From IMG/VR virus record IMGVR_UViG_3300049185_000041: 64,000 nucleotides of DNA; one strand, 5' to 3'. The position numbers and the translations under genes are program-made. This DNA comes from an uncultured virus (IMG/VR IMGVR_UViG_3300049185_000041) (taxonomy: Duplodnaviria; Heunggongvirae; Uroviricota; Caudoviricetes). Under the pieces are notes generated by a model. The model searched no databases. It was not told where the DNA came from and was given only the letters and a program-made list of their open reading frames with translations. Of this stretch, positions 54,134-63,050 are shown piece by piece (positions within the stretch are counted from its first letter, which is position 1; every line of letters begins with the position of its first letter).

Positions 54134-54436
54134 TTATTCCTTCGGTAAATCTTCGACGGTCTTCGCCAGCGTGCGGCCCTTGGGTGCTTTCACTTCCCGG
54201 GGTTCCTTGGAGAGGGCGCGCAGCCGCTTGAGCAGTTCGTTCGCCCCGGCGACCTGGTGCATCTTCGCCGCGGCGACGGCTACGTGGACATCCGCCTGGG
54301 TGCCGGTCTGCGGCTCCATCTGGTCCTCGACGATGTCGAGGGCTTCGACGAGCACGGGGTCCTTGAGCAAGGCGGCGAGCTTGTTGCGCCGGACGGTGTC
54401 CTTGATAAATTCGGCGGCGGGCGAGTCTTCGGTCAT
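54134..54436 (-). CDS. small head-assembly protein downstream of the portal
   Basis: 100-aa helical protein, ATGA overlap with the portal. Confidence 0.65.
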   Translation of the reverse strand: MTEDSPAAEFIKDTVRRNKLAALLKDPVLVEALDIVEDQMEPQTGTQADVHVAVAAAKMHQVAGANELLKRLRALSKEPREVKAPKGRTLAKTVEDLPKE

Positions 54437-56730
54437 GATGCTTTCTTTTTCGCGGCAGTCTTCTTCGCCGCCACGGTGTGCTTCGCGACGAAGTTCTTGC
54501 GCTGGATGTCGGCGGCGGCGGAGGCGTCCTTGATCGCGCGATTGGTCTGGGCGTCGTCGATCTTGATCTGGCGGGCGGTCGCTGCATCGGCTTCCATCCG
54601 GCGGATGTTCGCCCGTGCTTCTTCGAGTTTAGCAACACTCTCCGGCGATGGCCCTGCCTGCGCTTCCTGCCCTGCGGCCTCGGCATCCTGGGCGGCTTGT
54701 TCCGCCTCCTTGACGCCGTTGTGGATGATCTCGCCGACGCGCTGGAGCATCTCGTTGTAGCTCGCGACCTCCTCGACGACGGCTGCGTCGCCGGAGATGG
54801 CTTGGACGTGCTCGACGGTGTGGGTGTAGAGGTTGAGATAGGTCGTCGCCGCTTCGGCAAGACCCATCTGACCGCCTTCGGCGAGCTGGTACATCTCCAG
54901 CAACGGCTTGATGTGCTCGCGGGCGTGGGCGAGGTGCTTGTCGCTCGCCAGCACCGGGCATTCGCCGCCGTGGGTGAGGATGAAATTCTGGTTGATCGCG
55001 ATCTGGGTGTCGACCGTGGTGCGGAACTGGCGGTCCTTCGGGAAATAGCGATCGGCTCCGGCGGTGCCGAGAGCGTCGATCGCCACATCGCGGTTGTAGG
55101 TCTGCTGGCCGACGTCGTCCATCCGGGGGTACATGTCGCCCATCCGCTGGAGACCGAGGGTCTTGGCCGCGGCGGAGCCGGAGCCCATCACCCGCACGAC
55201 CCGGGTGCGCTTCCAGTCGATCTTGTAGAACGCTTCGAGCGGCACGCCGCGGCGCAGCAGCCGCAGCTTGAGGTCGGCGATCTCGGGACCGCCGGGGTCG
55301 ACCGGCAGGTAGTCGCGACGGGTCATCCGGCGCACGACCTGTTGGAAGGCGCGGTCGCCCGGCTTGTAGAAGAACCCGAGCGCGGAGTCGGACAGCTCGG
55401 CGGCCTGCTCCAAGTGGGCCATGACCTCGGCCTTGGTCTTGCGCTGGTCGCCGTCGAAGACGTTCTCAGACGAATAGCCTGAGGTGCGCTCGCTGACGAG
55501 GCGGTCCATCAGCTCGATTGCAGGCATGACGCTGCGCTGGAGGTCGGGCATCGGGATGTTCGGCGCCGTGACGCCCGGCGGCAGCACCGCGAGGTCTCCG
55601 TAGTAGGTCAGGCCGATATTGGCCATGTCCGTCTCGTCGGAAGCTTGCAGCATCAGCGTGGACGCCTGCATGCCCTTGTCGATCAGCCGGCCGATCGAGC
55701 GGTTGCGCTGCTCCTCGAACGGGAACATCTTGTAGCCGAGGCCGCGGATGCCGTGCAGCAAGGTGTTGGTGCCCGCGCCATAAGGGAACAGCACCAACGC
55801 CTCGGTCATCGACTTGTAGACGTTCCGCTCGCAGTACATGAAGCCCGACTCGTCGCAGTCGGCTTCCGGGACCATGTAGTGTGAGACCGTGCCATCCATC
55901 TCCTTGACCCAACCGTGGATCACACGGATCACCGGCAGGTTGTTGCCGACGAACAGGTCGTTGTTCTTGACCTCGGCGACGAGGCGTTCCCAGTCGGCGT
56001 AATTCGGGTCGGCGCTGGTCGCCTTGCGAATCGCCGCCATGGTCGCCTCGACATTCCAGCCGTGCTTTTCGGCGTTCTCTGGGTCCTTGATCTTTTCGTA
56101 GAGATCGGTAATCGAGAACTCCTCGATCGCGGTGACGACGGACTGCTTGGACTCGGTGGCGGCGACCTTGCGCGGGAAGTAGAACTGGCCGAGCCCGCCG
56201 CCCTTGTAGCGCCAGTCGATGTCATCGGACCAGTGGAGGATGCCGACGCCGTCGAAAACGTGCTTGTGGATGAGCCGGTCGGTCTCGTACTCGAAGGTGT
56301 CGCCGTCGCGGATAGTCTTCGAGATTTCCTCGCTCATCACCGCTTCCCAGTCCGCGCGCTCGTCCTCCTGCCCGAACAGCGTTTTCACCGCGACCAGCTC
56401 CTCGGCCGCGGTCAGCAGCCGGTAGTAAGGGGCTTTCGCCCGCTCCAGCCGCTCCTCGGCCCCGCCGAAGTTCAGGTTGGTGGTGTCCGGCTGATTCGCG
56501 GCGTCGAGTTCGGACTGCACGTAGGGCGGCTCACCGTCGAGCTGCGACTGGCACAGCGCCCGGTTGCGGGCATTGATCCGGTCGTCGTCGAAGAGACGCA
56601 TGTGGATCGACCGGAGCTTTTTCGGGTCGGTCAACCGCTCCTTGGGGACCTCGTTGGTCTTGGAGATGGTTTCGAGTTCGAGGTCGTCGAACTCTTTCGT
56701 CAGGTCGTCGGAAGGGGCGTAATTCATCAC
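54433..56730 (-). CDS. portal protein
   Basis: 765 aa, DGEPPY..NLNFG, HGIRGLG, C-terminal coiled-coil; position between terminase and scaffold. Confidence 0.75.
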   Translation of the reverse strand: MMNYAPSDDLTKEFDDLELETISKTNEVPKERLTDPKKLRSIHMRLFDDDRINARNRALCQSQLDGEPPYVQSELDAANQPDTTNLNFGGAEERLERAKAPYYRLLTAAEELVAVKTLFGQEDERADWEAVMSEEISKTIRDGDTFEYETDRLIHKHVFDGVGILHWSDDIDWRYKGGGLGQFYFPRKVAATESKQSVVTAIEEFSITDLYEKIKDPENAEKHGWNVEATMAAIRKATSADPNYADWERLVAEVKNNDLFVGNNLPVIRVIHGWVKEMDGTVSHYMVPEADCDESGFMYCERNVYKSMTEALVLFPYGAGTNTLLHGIRGLGYKMFPFEEQRNRSIGRLIDKGMQASTLMLQASDETDMANIGLTYYGDLAVLPPGVTAPNIPMPDLQRSVMPAIELMDRLVSERTSGYSSENVFDGDQRKTKAEVMAHLEQAAELSDSALGFFYKPGDRAFQQVVRRMTRRDYLPVDPGGPEIADLKLRLLRRGVPLEAFYKIDWKRTRVVRVMGSGSAAAKTLGLQRMGDMYPRMDDVGQQTYNRDVAIDALGTAGADRYFPKDRQFRTTVDTQIAINQNFILTHGGECPVLASDKHLAHAREHIKPLLEMYQLAEGGQMGLAEAATTYLNLYTHTVEHVQAISGDAAVVEEVASYNEMLQRVGEIIHNGVKEAEQAAQDAEAAGQEAQAGPSPESVAKLEEARANIRRMEADAATARQIKIDDAQTNRAIKDASAAADIQRKNFVAKHTVAAKKTAAKKKAS

Positions 56731-57329
56731 TTCTCCGGGGCGTAAGGACGGATGTAAGCGGCTTCTTGTGAGCCGATGGCGTCCGTTTTTACACCGAGGT
56801 TGACCATTTCGGAAGCAAGATATTTTCGCCAGTGCTCGTTGTCCGGCAGGAAGTCCAGCAACCGCGATTTCGCCGGGTAGCTCTTGGCGAGAATGACCGG
56901 TCCCTCGACGGGTGACCCATCAACGAGGTTGCCGAACACCACCGGGGCGTTCTGGAAGTAGTATTCCGCCTGAAGCTCATCGAGCCAGCGGTTCTTGACC
57001 GGTCGCCACGACGGGTCGTAATAGAGCATCGCCGGATCGGCGATTTCCTTGCGGTCGGGCGCGTATTCGTGCAGCGCCTTGCACGCCGCCAGGAACATCC
57101 GGTTCGAGTGCTTCAGGGTGGTCCCGCGATCGTCCGGCACCACCGACAGGAAGTGCCGGTGAAACATCCCCGCGAGCCCCATGGCGAACGAAAACGCCTG
57201 CTCCTCGTGCTGCTGGAGCGTCACCACCAACAGGGTGTGGTTGGGCATGCTGCCCTTGCGCTTGAGGTGACCGGCGAACTTATCGTAGTCGACCGGGGAT
57301 GCCGGGTGGAACGGGAGGCAAAGAATCAT
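56727..57329 (-). CDS. hypothetical protein, possibly degenerate GT-A-like
   Basis: SNRMF..MLYYDPS.RP....WLDELQAEY. Confidence 0.6.
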   Translation of the reverse strand: MILCLPFHPASPVDYDKFAGHLKRKGSMPNHTLLVVTLQQHEEQAFSFAMGLAGMFHRHFLSVVPDDRGTTLKHSNRMFLAACKALHEYAPDRKEIADPAMLYYDPSWRPVKNRWLDELQAEYYFQNAPVVFGNLVDGSPVEGPVILAKSYPAKSRLLDFLPDNEHWRKYLASEMVNLGVKTDAIGSQEAAYIRPYAPEK

Positions 57330-57340
57330 ATCTGTGAAAA

Positions 57341-58573
57341 TCAGGGAGCCCGAAGGCCACACTTCTCAATGAGGCGTTGTTGGACCGTGGCCATGGAGAC
57401 GCCTTCTGCCGTCCATTTGCGGGCGCACTCGGCAGCCTCGCCGTTGAGACCGAAACGACGGCACAACTCCAAGGTCTGGTCATGGTCGGCATTGACGAAC
57501 CCCCACTGCCGGTCAATGCGGCCGGGGCGGATGAGGGCTTTCTCGATCACCTCCTTGCGGTTGGTGGTCCCGATGATGACCCTCCCCTCGGGAGTCGCCG
57601 CCCCGTCAATCGCGTTGAGCAGCCCTTGCAGCGTAGGGGCGTCTTTCTGTGGTTTGCCGTCTTGGGTCTCCCGATCGCGGGTGGCACTGGTGCAGTCGAT
57701 GTCCTCGATCAGCAACACGCCGTCGCGGCTGACCTGCAAGATCGCTTGAAGCATTTTTTCGTCATTGAGGCCGTCCAGCGGCAGAACGTAGATGTCCTTT
57801 TTGAACCTCGCGGCTAATGAAATCGCGGTGGTGGTCTTCCCGGATCCGGGGATGCCGTGGAACAGGTAACCTCGTCGGTAGGGGACTCCGACGGACTGAT
57901 ACCAGCCTTCGTTCTCGAAGAACCACTTCATGTCCTCGAACATTTCGTCGAGGATTCCCTGGGGGAGCACCGGCATGCGGTTCGTAGGGGCCTTGCGAAC
58001 TTCAGCCCAATCATCCCAGCGACCGCGAACAAATACCCGAGCGACCCGTTCTTCGCCCTCCGGTCGCGTTCCCGTCTCGTGGATGGCCGTGAGCAGGCGC
58101 TCCACCGAGTCCATATCGCGAGTGGTGCATGACAGGGTGACGACACGGCGGAGCACATATTCGTCCTTGGTTGGTTCGCCTCGCTCGATGTTCAGCGTGA
58201 GATTTTCGAACCGGTAACCATGGAAATTCTCAGGAATGAGCGCCCATGACTTGCGGTCGCTCTGCGGAATGCAGTTGCTTTCCAGATTGGCTACTACAAA
58301 AGACCGACCACTGGTGTCGCTTTCGATTTTTGGTTGCTCGGAAAGCCAGCGGCAAAGCCATTGGTACTGCGCCGTCCCCTCTTCAAAGCGCAGGGCGACC
58401 GTCCTTTTCTGACGCCTGCGCTCTTGGAGCGCCTTGACGCCGCTGACCACAGCGGACCCGACCAGGTAGCCCACCGCGATCATCTCCGCATACTTGTTCT
58501 GGCGGGACGACCGGATCATTGAATACAGGCTCGGGCCTGCGCTCGGTTCGGCTCCGTTTGTGAAAAGACTCAT
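57341..58573 (-). CDS. BCS1-like AAA+ ATPase with N-terminal membrane anchor
   Basis: WY..GVPYRRGYLFHGIPGSGKT, LLIEDID, TLQGLLNAIDG, TTN..ALIRPGRID. Confidence 0.85.
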   Translation of the reverse strand: MSLFTNGAEPSAGPSLYSMIRSSRQNKYAEMIAVGYLVGSAVVSGVKALQERRRQKRTVALRFEEGTAQYQWLCRWLSEQPKIESDTSGRSFVVANLESNCIPQSDRKSWALIPENFHGYRFENLTLNIERGEPTKDEYVLRRVVTLSCTTRDMDSVERLLTAIHETGTRPEGEERVARVFVRGRWDDWAEVRKAPTNRMPVLPQGILDEMFEDMKWFFENEGWYQSVGVPYRRGYLFHGIPGSGKTTTAISLAARFKKDIYVLPLDGLNDEKMLQAILQVSRDGVLLIEDIDCTSATRDRETQDGKPQKDAPTLQGLLNAIDGAATPEGRVIIGTTNRKEVIEKALIRPGRIDRQWGFVNADHDQTLELCRRFGLNGEAAECARKWTAEGVSMATVQQRLIEKCGLRAP

Positions 58574-58575
58574 CG

Positions 58576-58618
58576 TGTAGCTGGGTAGCGTTGTTACTTT
58601 GTAGCGTTAGAATGTCAA
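58576..58618 (-). promoter_or_regulatory. promoter with four CTACA-like boxes at 8-bp period
   Basis: TTGACA-TTCTAACG-CTACA-AAG-TAACA-ACG-CTACC-CAG-CTACA-CG-ATG. Confidence 0.6.
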
Positions 58619-61600
58619 TCCCGCTTGTTCAGCGATTTGCGGTTCGTCAAGGCTTTCGCCCGATTCCGCAACGCCTGCCAAGCGGCTCGCCCGACAGATG
58701 TCGCCACGTTGTTCTTCGCCACCTCTTCGCCCTCGGTCGATCGCAGTCCAAGCCGGGTCTTCGCCACCTCGACGAGCCCGAGGAAGCTATCGGCGTTGTC
58801 CGGGGACCGGCCTTCCCTGTCCTTGTAACTCTTTTTTGGCTCGACTTTCAGCACTCTTGCGTCACCTTCGCTCCCTTTCGCGTGCTGGCGGCTGCACAGC
58901 TCCTTGGCCAGTTCTTCATTGACGCCGCTGATCTGCCGCGACCGGAATAGCTTCTTCGCGCCATACCACAGCTCGGTGGCCTTGTTCGCAAACCGTTCGT
59001 GGGCCAGCACCGGTTCGGTGGTGCCGGGCTTCTTGCCGGGCTTCTTCTCGCCCGTGGGCGTCTTCGAGGCAGGGCCTGCGGAGGTGATGCCGAGCACCGC
59101 TGGTGACCACTGCACCTTCACGATGTCGCCGAACGGTTGGCCGCCTCCAGTGGAGTCGTATCCAGCGTTCTCGGGCTTGATGCCGCGGGCGATGCACATC
59201 GCCTTCCAGCCGCGCACGATCTGATAGCTCGGCGGGACGTTGACGTCGTTGACATTCACCTTCACCGCCTCGCCGCCGGTACGCACCAGACGCATGACAC
59301 CGTCGATGTCCTCGCCGCACAGGCCGAAGGTCGCGTACGCGCGGTCACCGCCGGCCGTGAACGCCGGGTCGAGGAAGCTGCACTTCTCTGGCGGCCGGAA
59401 CCCCCACACCACGTCGTCGGGAGACTGGCGGGCCCCGGACAATTCGATGTCGGCCGGGGTGTAGATGCCGGATCCCGCACCGGAAAGGCACCACGTCCCA
59501 AGCACCATCCGGTGGTAGAACAGCGAGTCGCGGCCATAATCCTTCTCCATCTGGTCAATCTCGGCCTTCCGGAGCATCCACGAGTAGCGGTCGTTGCCCT
59601 CGGTGATGCGGGGGTTTTTCTCCCCGTTGAAACGAATGCACAGGCCCCCGGACTCGGTCCTCCACTCCTCATCACGGATCAGATCGACCTTGTCCCAGCC
59701 GCCTTCGGGCTTGGCGGCGAGCCCGAAGGTGTCGTAGGGCAGGTTCGGGTTCCCCAGATAGATGACTTGGCAGTGCCCGACATTGCCGGGCTTGAGGTTG
59801 GTCTTGACCGCGGTCAGCACCGCCTCGGCGACGCCGGTCGCCTCATCGACGATCAGGATGATCTTGCCGATCCGGTCCTGGCTGATGTTGTAGAGTCGGG
59901 GAACGAGGTCGCGCAGCGTGGCCTCGTCGAAGTGATTGGCGAGGTCCGCGAACTCGGGGTGAGCCATCAGCCCTTCGAAGCTTTCGTCCGGCTCCCCGGT
60001 GCGGGGTGCCTTCATGCCGATGAGCTTGTTCACCGCTTCCTTCTCGGACCCTTGCTCGGCGGCGAGCAGGAAGATGCCGGTCGATTCCCCGAAGCTGTCG
60101 CCCTTGTAGTTGAGCCCGCGAATTTCGTTGGTCGCCCACGCGGGTTTGCCGGGCAAGAAAGGGATTCCTTCCCAGTACTCGCGCACGGTCTTCCAGATGC
60201 GCTTCTTCGCCTCCTTGATCGAGGTCGACATCACCAGCACCAGCGTGTGCGTCGGATCGGTCGTGTAGCTCACGACGCCGTAGAGGGCGGCAGGGTCACT
60301 GTTGTGGACGACGGTGAAGTCAGCGAGCAGGAAACGGTGGTTACCGTCGACGGAGAAGCCGACCCACGGCATATCCCCGGCGGGGGTGAGTTTGACCCCC
60401 GTGCAGTCCGAGTTCTGCCTGAGCTTTTTCTCGCGGCACTTCTTCCGGAGCGTCGGGATTTCGACGACGTTACCGAAGATCGTGATGCGCCACGAAGGGA
60501 ACTGCTTGCCTTGGCAGGTCGCCATCCGATGCACCGTCGAGACCCGGAATCCTAGTGACCGAGCGAGGAACGCGATGTCGTCCTTCAGCCCGGTGAACTT
60601 TGTCGCGATCTCGAAGTAAGTCCCTGCGGCATGTCCGTCGGTGTCGATCAGGCCTGCGAGGAGAAGCATCCGGTTTTTCCGGGAGTTCAGCAGGTAGTGG
60701 CGGGGGATCCGCTTCTCCATGTCATCCATCGACGACTTCAGAAACCGCCACAACGGATTGTTAGACATTCCGGCCGAAACATCACCTTCAGGGAAAACGG
60801 CGAAGGTCGGGCAAGTGAGATGCTCGTGGTCATACTCACGCATCTCGTAGCCCTCGTGCTCGCACCATGCTTTCACATAGCTGAAAACCTCGGGTTCCGA
60901 CCGCGGGATCGAGATCCGACACCGATGGCGCGCGCCGTCCCCCAGCCAGATTCCAAACAAGCGCGGATCCAGTTCGAGTTTCTTCTCGGGGAAATCGACA
61001 CCAACGCAGAACTGCTTGTAATTGGTGCGGGTTTGTCCACTAGCCGTGTGGTAGTCTTTTGCGGGTATCTCAATGATCTCTCCGAGACGTCGGCGACTCC
61101 TCCCCGAAGCGATCGCTCTCTTCAGGACCAACACATGATCCTCCGTGCAGAACCACGGTTCGCCGTGGACCGGGGTCACCTTAAACATCGGCCCGACACC
61201 GGAATGCACCTCTTGCACGATCCGGGGCGCACTGTCGTCGCCCATCAGGCGATCTCCGGGCTTTACTTCATCCGCACGCTTGGTAGAACCGTCGTGCATT
61301 AGCACTAAGTCGTTGACTGACAAGCACTTACCCGCACTCGTGCATCCTGCGACGCATAGCTCCGGCTCCTCGCACATCTTCCGGAACATCCGGTTCGCCC
61401 AAGGGTTCCAGATGCACCGCTTCATCGACCCCGATGCGGGGTTGTTCCACGTCAGATCTACGTATCGCTGGAAGTGGCTAAAACGCCCCAGCCCGCCCTC
61501 GTGCTCCTCGTGGCCGATGCGGAAGCACAGCGCCTCGATCTGGATCTGGTCACGGGTGCGATCCCCGGTGAGCTGGAAGTAATCCTCGCCGAAGCCGAGG

Positions 61601-61656
61601 CGCTGGAGGCCGTACCACTGGAGCGGCGGTTGGTCGGGTGCGGGTGCGACGGGCAT
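58615..61656 (-). CDS. terL: terminase large subunit (intein-containing)
   Basis: GCTSAGK|S Walker A, ILIVDEA Walker B, LGNP, LDPAFTAGGD, YDSTG, NKATELW, SPDNADS. Confidence 0.9.
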   Translation of the reverse strand: MPVAPAPDQPPLQWYGLQRLGFGEDYFQLTGDRTRDQIQIEALCFRIGHEEHEGGLGRFSHFQRYVDLTWNNPASGSMKRCIWNPWANRMFRKMCEEPELCVAGCTSAGKCLSVNDLVLMHDGSTKRADEVKPGDRLMGDDSAPRIVQEVHSGVGPMFKVTPVHGEPWFCTEDHVLVLKRAIASGRSRRRLGEIIEIPAKDYHTASGQTRTNYKQFCVGVDFPEKKLELDPRLFGIWLGDGARHRCRISIPRSEPEVFSYVKAWCEHEGYEMREYDHEHLTCPTFAVFPEGDVSAGMSNNPLWRFLKSSMDDMEKRIPRHYLLNSRKNRMLLLAGLIDTDGHAAGTYFEIATKFTGLKDDIAFLARSLGFRVSTVHRMATCQGKQFPSWRITIFGNVVEIPTLRKKCREKKLRQNSDCTGVKLTPAGDMPWVGFSVDGNHRFLLADFTVVHNSDPAALYGVVSYTTDPTHTLVLVMSTSIKEAKKRIWKTVREYWEGIPFLPGKPAWATNEIRGLNYKGDSFGESTGIFLLAAEQGSEKEAVNKLIGMKAPRTGEPDESFEGLMAHPEFADLANHFDEATLRDLVPRLYNISQDRIGKIILIVDEATGVAEAVLTAVKTNLKPGNVGHCQVIYLGNPNLPYDTFGLAAKPEGGWDKVDLIRDEEWRTESGGLCIRFNGEKNPRITEGNDRYSWMLRKAEIDQMEKDYGRDSLFYHRMVLGTWCLSGAGSGIYTPADIELSGARQSPDDVVWGFRPPEKCSFLDPAFTAGGDRAYATFGLCGEDIDGVMRLVRTGGEAVKVNVNDVNVPPSYQIVRGWKAMCIARGIKPENAGYDSTGGGQPFGDIVKVQWSPAVLGITSAGPASKTPTGEKKPGKKPGTTEPVLAHERFANKATELWYGAKKLFRSRQISGVNEELAKELCSRQHAKGSEGDARVLKVEPKKSYKDREGRSPDNADSFLGLVEVAKTRLGLRSTEGEEVAKNNVATSVGRAAWQALRNRAKALTNRKSLNKRD
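60301..61326 (-). mobile_element. intein with LAGLIDADG homing endonuclease (342 aa)
   Basis: Starts CLSVND..MHDG, block B CTEDHVL, GIWLGDG and LAGLIDTDG, ends VVHN followed by Ser. Confidence 0.93.
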
Positions 61657-61659
61657 GGG

Positions 61660-61788
61660 CTATTTGTAGCTATCGGGCAGACCCTTCCAAGTCGCCCACA
61701 GGAGCAGGACGATGATCCCGAACCCGATCAACGGCTCCCAGCCGGTCGGAGTGTTCATGAACTTCAGGTATGACTCGTAGAGGGTCAT
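61660..61788 (-). CDS. small single-TM protein (42 aa)
   Basis: MTLYESYLKFMNTPTGWEPLIGFGIIVLLLWATWKGLPDSYK; read manually, ATGA overlap. Confidence 0.55.
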   Translation of the reverse strand: MTLYESYLKFMNTPTGWEPLIGFGIIVLLLWATWKGLPDSYK

Positions 61789-62054
61789 CGGTTCCGAAGG
61801 TGTTCCTGGAGCCGGAACTCCGCATTCGTGACCCGCGCTTCAAGCGAGCAACGTCGTTTATAGGCCGCGGTGCTGGGGAATCTCAGGTATTCAGGATCGA
61901 TTCGCTCTCCGCCGTTTTCGGAAGGCAAGAAGAAAGGTTCGATGATTATATCATAGAGGGGCAGGTATGCATCGCGCTCCTTGAGCGCCGTGGCAAGCTC
62001 CTGCCGAAGCTTCCGGGCGCGGAACCTCCAAATCAAATGACTGATCCATCTCAT
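61785..62054 (-). CDS. hypothetical protein
   Basis: ATGA overlaps at both ends. Confidence 0.55.
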   Translation of the reverse strand: MRWISHLIWRFRARKLRQELATALKERDAYLPLYDIIIEPFFLPSENGGERIDPEYLRFPSTAAYKRRCSLEARVTNAEFRLQEHLRNR

Positions 62055-62380
62055 CTCTTTTTCGGCGGATGCCGGAATCCGTTCGCGCCGGGCACGATGA
62101 TCTTCGGCCCCGGATCCTCGACCGGTTTGAGCAATTCGTCGTCGACGAACGCCGGCGACAGCGGGCCGTGTTCGCGCTGGATGCCGATGACCCACGTCGC
62201 CACTTCCTCGCGGCAGGTCTGCGCCGGGTTGCCGGTGCGCTTCATCTCGAAGAGGATCAGCTTGCGCAGCGAATAGACGAAGCGCGGCGGGGCGTGGAGA
62301 TCGACGAGTGCACCCAATAAACAGGCGTCGTATGCTTCCGCGAGGCGCGCGGCCTGGGGTTCTGGAGTCTGATCGGTCAT
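62051..62380 (-). CDS. conserved phage hypothetical protein
   Basis: AEAYDACLLG..RFVYS..K..P.FV pattern. Confidence 0.65.
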   Translation of the reverse strand: MTDQTPEPQAARLAEAYDACLLGALVDLHAPPRFVYSLRKLILFEMKRTGNPAQTCREEVATWVIGIQREHGPLSPAFVDDELLKPVEDPGPKIIVPGANGFRHPPKKR

Positions 62381-62595
62381 TCGGGCGAGGAGTCGGAAGT
62401 GGGTTCGGGCGGTGGTGGCTGCGTGGCGGCGATCCGCTGCTCGATCATCGTGCCGATGCTGGCGATTGCTTCGGCGCGGGTCGGTGCCGTGGCTTCGCCG
62501 ACGGGGATCACGCCGCGGGTGTAATCGTGGACCTTGGCCAGCACGATGTCGCCGTCGTCGATCAGCTCGATATTGAATTTGCGTCGGTTCGTCAT
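62377..62595 (-). CDS. hypothetical protein
   Basis: ATGA overlaps. Confidence 0.6.
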   Translation of the reverse strand: MTNRRKFNIELIDDGDIVLAKVHDYTRGVIPVGEATAPTRAEAIASIGTMIEQRIAATQPPPPEPTSDSSPE

Positions 62596-62909
62596 ACGTC
62601 AAAAGCGTCTCCGTCGTAGCCGTGGGTCACGACCGGGGTCTCATCGCCCGTGGTGTGCTTGGCCATCTCGACCGGCCACGGTTTGTTGCGGATCTTGTAG
62701 TAGGCCGCCCGCAGCGAGCGTTCGGCGACATCGGCAGGTTCGAGGTTGCCCTTCGAGACGACCTGCCGCACCGAGGCCGCGACCTCGTGCCCGCGTTCAA
62801 CGAGACCGCGCACGATCCATGCGTACGGCACCCACTGCCCGTGGGTGGCACGGTAGCGGGGTTCGCCAAGACCTTTGGCGATCTCTTTGATCGCTGCATC
62901 AATGTTCAC
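62592..62909 (-). CDS. hypothetical helical protein
   Basis: Probable GTG start at 62909 just after a CTACA promoter; ends DGDAFDV. Confidence 0.6.
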   Translation of the reverse strand: MNIDAAIKEIAKGLGEPRYRATHGQWVPYAWIVRGLVERGHEVAASVRQVVSKGNLEPADVAERSLRAAYYKIRNKPWPVEMAKHTTGDETPVVTHGYDGDAFDV

Positions 62910-62950
62910 GGCCGTAAATGTGTAGCGATGTAGCCGCCGGGTCAAGTATC

Positions 62951-62989
62951 AAAAGAAACCCCGCCGCCGGACGAACCGGGGGCGGGGTT
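62951..62989 (-). terminator. intrinsic terminator
   Basis: AACCCCGCCCCCGG-TTCGT-CCGGCGGCGGGGTT-TCTTTT on the minus strand. Confidence 0.75.
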
Positions 62990-63050
62990 GTTAGATTCAC
63001 GCCAATGAATCGAAACTCAGGCTGGAGGATGCGCCGGGGTGGCGGGGTTG

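Noticed and set aside
54123..55088. N-terminal half of the 644-aa ORF 53154..55088
   Set aside because: Arg/Ser/Pro-rich off-frame shadow of the portal and the small gene; the real protein starts at ATG 54122.
57333..58566. TGTGAAAA on both sides of the BCS1-like gene as a target-site duplication
   Set aside because: Only 8 bp, and similar TTTTCAC occurs near other start codons.
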